DNA of 64,000 nucleotides from Octopus vulgaris. Its lineage: Eukaryota. Of this stretch, positions 57,254-64,000 are shown piece by piece. The translations under genes and the position numbers were made by a program. The DNA lies in the NCBI GenBank assembly GCA_951406725.2, contig OX597815.1, forward strand, positions 91,450,001-91,514,000, given 5' to 3'. Each line of letters begins with the position of its first letter. Position 1 is the first letter of the stretch. The notes beneath the pieces were generated by a model. That model was not told the DNA's origin. It worked only from the letters and a program-made list of their open reading frames with translations, and ran no database searches.

Positions 57254-57489
57254 TATTTCTTTATTGCCCACAGGGTGCTAAACACAGAGGGGACAAACAA
57301 GGACAGACAAAGGGTTTAAGTTGATTACATCGACCCCAGTGCATAACTGGTACTTATTTAATTGACCCCGAAAGGATGAAAGGCAAAGTGGACCTTGGCC
57401 AGAGTTTGAACTCGGAATGTAACAGCAGATGAAATACTGCTAAGCATTTTGCCCAGCGTGCTAACAATTCTGCCAGCTCGCCACCCTAA
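57254..57489 (-). mobile_element. SINE family C, full length with a 16-bp target-site duplication
   Basis: TSD actaatgattaatatt at 57238-57253 and 57490-57505; head ggtggcgagctggcagaattgttagcacg on the minus strand. Confidence 0.92.
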
Positions 57490-57517
57490 ACTAATGATTA
57501 ATATTATCTATACAAGT

Positions 57518-57725
57518 AAGGTGGTGAGCTGGTAGAATCACTAGCATACTGCTTAGTGGCATTTGATCTCTCCTTATGTTTTGAGCTCAACTTCTGCCAA
57601 GGTCAACTTTACCTTTCATGCTTTCGGGGTCAATAAAATAAGTACCAGTTGAGCACTGGGATCAAGGAAATCAACTTACTTCTCCCACAAACTTGCATGC
57701 TTCATGCCAAAATTTGGAACCAATA
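57518..57725 (+). mobile_element. SINE family C (different 3' tail), head-to-head with the previous copy
   Basis: aaggtggtgagctggtagaatc...gagctcaacttc...ctttcggggtcaataaaataagtaccagtt. Confidence 0.85.
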
Positions 57726-58189
57726 TTATTAATGAAGTACTTGGTAGATTCGAAGATACAAGACAGTCTAGAGAAAGAGAGAATGGAAGTTGAAAGGTCC
57801 CTCAACCATATATAGTTTCAGAGATGCATATGTTGAAAAGGAGGAGATACAGACCTTTAGCCTAGAAGACAACTGTTAACTTTTATGAGATGACCTGCTA
57901 CATCTGCAAATAGAGCAAAGTCCCAGCCAGATGAAAAATGATCTGGTTTGGTAGCTTTTGTCATAAAAGTTAAGGGATAGGCCTGGAAAGAAAGGAAGAA
58001 GGTAGGAGAGCAAGGAAAAATGTAAGATAGCTAGAGGAGAAACTAGAAGTTAAGTATATTTAGGAAAGAGAAAAGCACAAGTAAGAATTTTACCCATGTT
58101 CTACATTTTGAAAATCATAAATATGAGTTTCTGAATTGAAAGCAGTGGACCAATACAAAAAAGAACATTGTTGGTAAAATGATAGCAAT

Positions 58190-58390
58190 GCACTTGTCTG
58201 AATGATGAAAATTCATGGGAGGATAGGATCTTTCCCAAGTAGAATCAACAGAGGGACTTGCCATAGAAATTGACAGTTATATGGTTGAAATAGCCATTAA
58301 GGATATAAAGGGCAAGAAAGCAACTAGATCAATATTTTCTGATTCTGAAAATATCCATCTAAGTAGGACTATGTGAGTTAGTCACTCATG
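58190..58390 (+). mobile_element. RTE LINE fragment (linker upstream of RT)
   Basis: LNDENSWED..(frameshift)..VESTEGLAIEIDSYMVEIAIKDIKGKKA resembles the RTE pattern LNxENxW...EGP..I...V.KAI..MK.GKA. Confidence 0.6.
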
Positions 58391-58588
58391 TGAATCATAT
58401 GGATATGTGTATTTGTGTGTGTATATATTTGTGTGTGTGTATGTGTGTAATATGTTTTGTAGAATATTTGTGTTTACAAGTAAAAAAAGTACTCAGTATA
58501 GAAAATAGAGATTGTATATTTTATTTAAAGCTTTTGGTCATAGAGTCAACAGATGAGATCCAGAGATTCTCAATATAGAAAACAATTA

Positions 58589-58678
58589 GTAGCGCCCAAA
58601 TGATTTGAACTTACACTCCAAAACTTTTGGTCCTCAGTAAATGTTTCAGAGTGTAAGTTCAAATCACTTGAGTGCTAC
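58589..58678. repeat. 30-bp-arm hairpin
   Basis: gtagcgcccaaatgatttgaacttacactc (58589-58618) versus gagtgtaagttcaaatcacttgagtgctac (58649-58678). Confidence 0.85.
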
Positions 58679-58934
58679 ATACATAAATGCATTCATACAT
58701 GTATGTATGTATATATATATATATATATATAAGGATATAAAGTCCTCTTAAAGGGATGTTACCATCCAAGTTCCCCGGTTATATTCAGTGAATCAGTGAA
58801 AAGCCAAAGATGTTAGTTTCACTTAGATGGATATGTGTATATAGATATTCTTGTACAAGAAAAAGAAAATGGAGACATATTGACATCAATTTATTTGAAC
58901 AAATTCCATTCAGAGTAACATCAAATTCCTTAAA

Positions 58935-59032
58935 CCTACAGCTGTTTCTATACCCAATTAATTCAATTTGAGGAATTAAATTAAATTAATTTAAATTTTC
59001 ATATCACATATAAATTGGGTATTTCGTCAGGG
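58935..59032 (-). ncRNA. Type I hammerhead ribozyme with extended stem II, in a TA-anchored element (about 58731-59090)
   Basis: Minus strand: CC-CTGACGA-A-ATACCCAATT...(about 50 nt)...AATTGGGTAT-A-GAAA-CAGCTG-TA|GG. Perfect 10-bp stem II and the same stem III palindrome as 3685-3799; stem I is only about 2 bp. Confidence 0.7.
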
Positions 59033-59099
59033 GAGAGAATTTGTTAGAAAGGTGCTCCTTTCTAGCATGTTGGTTAACCTTTGATAGACTCAGATATAC

Positions 59100-59303
59100 T
59101 CTTTTACACATTTCAGTCATTTGACTGTGGTCATGCTGAAGCACCACCTTTAGTCAAAGAAATCAACCCTATGACTTATTCTTTGTAAGCTAAGTACTTA
59201 ATCTATCGGTCTATTTTGCCAAACTGCTAGGTTTTGGAGACATAAACACACTAGCACCAATTGTCCAGCGATGGTGGTGGGGTACAAACACAGACACAAA
59301 GAT

Positions 59304-59339
<36 letters not shown>

Positions 59340-59690
59340 GACTCTATGATCAAAAGCTTTAAATAAACTATACAATCTCTATTTTCTATACTGAGTACTT
59401 TTTTACTGATAAACACAAACATTCTATAAAATATATATATATATATATAGATAGATAGATAGATGCATGCATGCATGCATACATACATACATACATACAT
59501 ACATACATACATACATACATACATACATACATACGATGGGCTTCTTTCAGTTTCCATCTACCAAATCCACTCACTAGGCTTTTGTTGGCCTGAAGCTATA
59601 GTAGAAGACACTTGCCCAAGGTGTCATGCAGTGGGACTAAACCCAGAACCATGTGGTTGGGAAACAAGCTTCTTACCACACAGCCACGCA
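59100..59690 (-). mobile_element. SINE family A, near full length, with a 90-bp insert in its microsatellite
   Basis: Head with A box (TGGCTGTGTGG) and B box (GGTTTAGTCCC) at 59630-59690, (CATA)n tract, 3' half at 59100-59305. Confidence 0.9.
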
Positions 59691-60177
59691 ACAGGTGTAT
59701 TTAAAAAATGTTACTATTTTGATGCATTTGTGCATGTGTGTGTTAAAGTGTTGAAAGCTACAAAATGATGACGAATCAAAACTAATTACCATAGTTGAAT
59801 ATTACGTTATCAATATTAGTGCACAATAGTGAGAAAAGAAATGAATGATCTAATCGAGGAAAACAAATATTAACGAACCAAAGGAAGAAATTAATAAAGT
59901 TAAAACCAATACTATTAAATTAATACATTGTATCTCTAACTTAAATTAATTAACCATTCATAAGTTATAAATCATATATTCTTAAGGTACATGCCTAAAT
60001 TAAAGCTTCAGTAAACTATATATAATACATACTACTGTTACTTGTACATAAAACAATATATTCATATTAACCATTTAATTTATACTTTAATATTAATATG
60101 ATATCTATTAAGGATTATTTAATCATTTTAGTTACAGATATAAGCAAATTAACCATGAGATACTACCTTATTCAAGG

Positions 60178-60241
<64 letters not shown>

Positions 60242-60281
60242 GTCATCAAGTATAAAATTTGTAGTAAGGTATACTTACTAC

Positions 60282-60649
60282 AAATCAAAATCAAAATCGA
60301 TCAACACCAATGGAAATTGTAGCTGTGATACCAGTGCCGGTGGCACATAAGAGAACCATCCAAACGTGGCCGTTGCCAGCGCCGTCCCGACCCGACTGGC
60401 CTCCGTGCCCATGGCACGTAAAAAGCACCATCCGATCATGGCCGTTGCCAGCCTCGTCTGGCACCTGTGCCGGTGGCACGTAAAAAGCACCCACTACACT
60501 CATGGTGTGGTTGGCGTTAGGAAGGGCATCCAGCTGTAGAAACATTACCAGATCAGACTGGGCCTGGTGCAGCCTTCTGGCTTCCCGGACCCCAGTTGAA
60601 CCGTTTAACCCATGCTAGCATGGAAAGCGGATGCTAAACGATGATGATG
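60282..60649 (+). mobile_element. Family B element, CpG-rich, with internal tandem repeats
   Basis: Three copies of gtgcc(g/c)(g/a)tggcac(g/a)taa.a..a.c, then the standard body and a (GAT)n tail. Confidence 0.88.
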
Positions 60650-60809
60650 TATACTGTAAACTTTGACAGCTGCTCATTTTGCGCCATTATTATATATCTT
60701 GACAATCTTTATTTTTTGTTAAAAAGCTGACACATCTATTTCTTTATTCTAAATCATTTTGCGCTTTATGAAATATTTATAAATCGTTTTTTGCTATTTT
60801 GGTTTAGAG

Positions 60810-61768
60810 ATGGATAAGTCGGAAATTTGTAATTTTGAAATATGAATTCTTTCTTGGAAATACAGCATCACAGACTGCTCTGAATATTCATGGAGTATTT
60901 CATTCTAATGTTATTACACAGCAGACAGTATCAAATTGGTTTGCAAAATTTCATTCTGGTGACTTTGATCTCACAAATGAGCAACACGGTCAACCAGAAA
61001 CAAAGGTGGAAAATGATGAACTGAAAGCCACAGTCAAGTCAGATCCATCTCAAAGTGCCTGTGAATTATTGTTGTTGTTTGGTGTTAGCAAATCGGAAAG
61101 TGAAAAAGTTGGATAAATGGGTTCCACATGAACTCAATGAAAATTAGAAACAACAACATTTGGAAGCCTGCATTATGCTACTTTCTCATCACAAAAATGA
61201 GAAATGGATCCAGTACAACAACTGTAAACGTTCAGCACAATGGTTGGTCAAAAATGAGCCACCAAAATACAGTCCAAAAAGCAAAATTCATCGAAAGAAG
61301 CTGATGGTATGTGTTTGGTGGTCTGGCACAAGTGTGATCCATTACGATTTCATTAAATCTGGCTCATCAATCATGGCCAAAGTATACTACAGACAACTGG
61401 ACCAAGTGATGCAGAAACTTACACAAAAACAGCCTAGATTAGTCAACAGATCCACTCCTATTTTATTGCAAGACAACGCCAGTCCACACATCGCAAAAAG
61501 GACATTGGTGAAACTACAGGGGTTGGAGTTGGAAGTTCTCTATCATCCACCATACTCACTTGATCTTGCCCCCACTGACTACCACTTTTTCCAGAATTTG
61601 GATAACTTTTTGATAGGAAAAAAATTTAATTCTGTTGATGTAAAACAGGCCTTCCAAGATTTTATTGACTCTAGATTGCCAGGCTTTTACGGTTGGTTCC
61701 AAGCTGGACAAGCTACCACTGAAATGGCAAAAGTGTATTGACAATATGGGTGCATACTCTGATGAATA
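60810..61768 (+). pseudogene. mariner transposase pseudogene
   Basis: HTH region (TVSNWFAKFHSGDFDL), WVPHEL at about 61118, KLMVCVWW, LLQDNA, HPPYSLDLAPTDYHFF, with exactly 34 residues between the second and third Asp. Frameshifts are present and the first catalytic Asp segment is deleted (KNE-KWIQY). Confidence 0.93.
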
Positions 61769-64000
61769 AAACTGTTCTTTGTATTTATAAAACATTAGCA
61801 AACTTTTCTACAACTTTCATACTTGACAACCGAAAATATATATCTTGACCGAATGACACGTTATTTCCGTATCTTGGAATACATTGGTCAATTGTGTTTT
61901 TCCCTTCTTAAGGCACTAATGATTTAAGAAACATTTGGTTTTATTTCTAGCCCATTGAGCAACCACATAGAAGTCCCCCCCCCCACCTTTTGCTTATCTC
62001 AACAAATACATTTGAAAGCAGAGGATACCTTAGTATGTATTTTACGTTCAAATCAGCACATAGGTATCATATAAGAAACAAGTGAACTTGAATATCCAGG
62101 CTGACTTACTCTTGTCACAGTGCATGATGACAATAATCATGGGAGCAGGGAGGCTCAACAACTAAATAGTAATGAACATAGCTGTCATTCTATTTTGTAT
62201 TTGGGTTGTGTATTTAATTTTTTTACATTCTTTAGTTTCAATTTATGTACACCAGATTACCTGGGAAATTTATGTAATGTAAAAATTGTATCCAGCAGGA
62301 GACTGATCTCTCATTGGTTTAGTCATTGTAAAACTAAAGCTAACTACTTTCATGTTGAAAGTCTCTCAGGTCTTTGGTGCATTTTTTTACATTATAATGA
62401 ATTTTCAGTTCACTTTAGAAAATAATTATTAAACAGTAAAGCCAGATAGACATGAACAATTTCTGAAAACATTTATTTCTTGGGAAAACTATATTTCAAG
62501 GAAGCATTTTAACTTCTAATACAATTCCTATCCAATCTTACCCACAGCATTTTTAACTATTATTGGATTCCACTCTTAAACTACATTAGTGCATCTGTTG
62601 GTTTTTGGAGCCAATTAGAGTTGATCTTTTATGGGAACTATCTTTCTACTTCATCTTTGATTCCTTGAAGAAAGGAAACTGATATCTTAATGATCTTTTC
62701 AGAAATGCCATGAAGGAAAAGTTTGTTAAAATTGTTTTCTTTTTTTATTTCCTCATAATTTCCTCATTGAAATAATGACTATCATAGAGTGCATCAATTT
62801 AGGGTGCAGTTATTTCAATTGGTGCATTGAGACAAAATGGCAATGTTTCCGTAAGAAGAATAAATGGTAATGGATACTATGCCATGTGAGTGCAGAAAGG
62901 GAGCTTAGTTTATTTGTATATGTATGACTAAAAATGGCAATGAGTAAAAGTAAAACTTTGTATATATTTGTAATAAACTTCAATATTTATCTGATTGTCA
63001 AATTGGTATATTTGTCAAAAAAAAAAGAAAATTGTGGAAAGTTACTGATTAAGAGCTAATCCATAGTTTGTTAGTGATCGGAACTAAAATAAACCGGCTG
63101 TGTATGAGTCATTAGATCAGATGACAACTAGTAGTTGTGTATACAGATATGAAAAGAAAGCAGATTTGCTTTAATAGCGGTTGCTATTCAATGTATGATT
63201 GTTATGAATTAGATAAATACTTTAACACTATTATTAGCAACAAGTTAATATCATAGTGTGATATGTAAACTGGAAATGCTTCTGTGGTGTGGATGTTGGT
63301 CATAAGGTCTATTGTTTATTTTGGACAGCTTTAATTTGATGTTTAACAAAAAAAGGATAAAACTACTCCTGGACAGAATGCTAGTTTATTGCAGCATCTT
63401 TTTCCAATGTTAAGTGCATTGTTCAAATATGCAATGCAGCACTTAAAATAGATTTAAATTCAAAACCTGTATGCTGGTAGTCCAATAACATATTCGATCA
63501 GCAATTTTGCTCATATAATTAATGTGGTATAATTGCAGGCAAATTATTATCTTAACTATCCATTCCTACCAACCTATTTAAAATGTTTCCAAAATTATTT
63601 TATTGAATGTATACACCCCTAGCCTTAGTTTATGCTTGTGGAATTGTTGATTTCTGCTGACAATATTCTTGTCTCACATAGAATTACTTCCACTGAGTTT
63701 TATTGAAATTTATAAAAGTGTTTCTGCTTCATTGATGCATGTGTGCATATGTGTTGTAATGGTGATTGGTATTGGAAGATTATTCACCATATTCTTGTGG
63801 GTTACTGATGTATTGTAAGCATTAAGAAGTTGAAAATATTTGTTGAAGTTTGTAGTGGTAAGACATTTTGTGAGACTGGTAGTAGAATGTATACATAAAT
63901 ATGTGAATGGGTCTTATGTTATTGATTTTTATCATGAATACTTGCACTTTTAATATGTTGTACTCTATGCTTGTGGTATCTACATACTAGTTACATAACT

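Larger units (their letters stand above)
60238..61836 (+). mobile_element. mariner (DD34D) transposon with a nested family B insertion
   Basis: Left TIR remnant tcaagtataaaatttgtag (about 60246-60264) matches the reverse complement of ctacaactttcatacttga (about 61807-61825); TA runs on both sides. Confidence 0.85.

Noticed and set aside
58619-58650. GAAA and CTGAGGA on the minus strand inside a hairpin loop
   Set aside because: Only 6 nt lie between the two words, leaving no room for stems I and III.
59620-59690. tRNA-like A and B boxes
   Set aside because: They are SINE heads continuous with the SINE body, and no full cloverleaf forms, so they are not called tRNA genes.

Overview
AT-rich, microsatellite-dense eukaryotic non-coding DNA. 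The repeat content (tRNA-derived SINEs with internal TA/CA tracts, RTE-tail elements ending in (GAT)n, Penelope, mariner) strongly resembles an Octopus genome; this is an inference from recognised repeat types. No host protein-coding exon, rRNA, true tRNA or CRISPR could be supported, and nearly all ORFs in the track are microsatellite artefacts. Recognisable coding remnants are all transposon-derived: a decayed Penelope-like element (RT plus GIY-YIG, about 1.06-3.6 kb), two RTE LINE fragments and two decayed mariners (52.9-53.8 kb minus; 60.2-61.8 kb plus, DD34D). There are also mariner, piggyBac-like, Tigger-like and Helitron-like non-autonomous elements and many SINEs. The most notable signal is a set of at least six hammerhead-ribozyme (HHR) motifs in different short elements whose 3' ends all abut (TA)n tracts. 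They include one apparently intact 42-nt minimal HHR (15759-15800) and two with intact catalytic core motifs and greatly extended stem II (3685-3799, 58935-59032). Repeat boundaries were read by eye and are approximate unless a TIR or TSD is quoted. SINE family labels A-D are my own working names.
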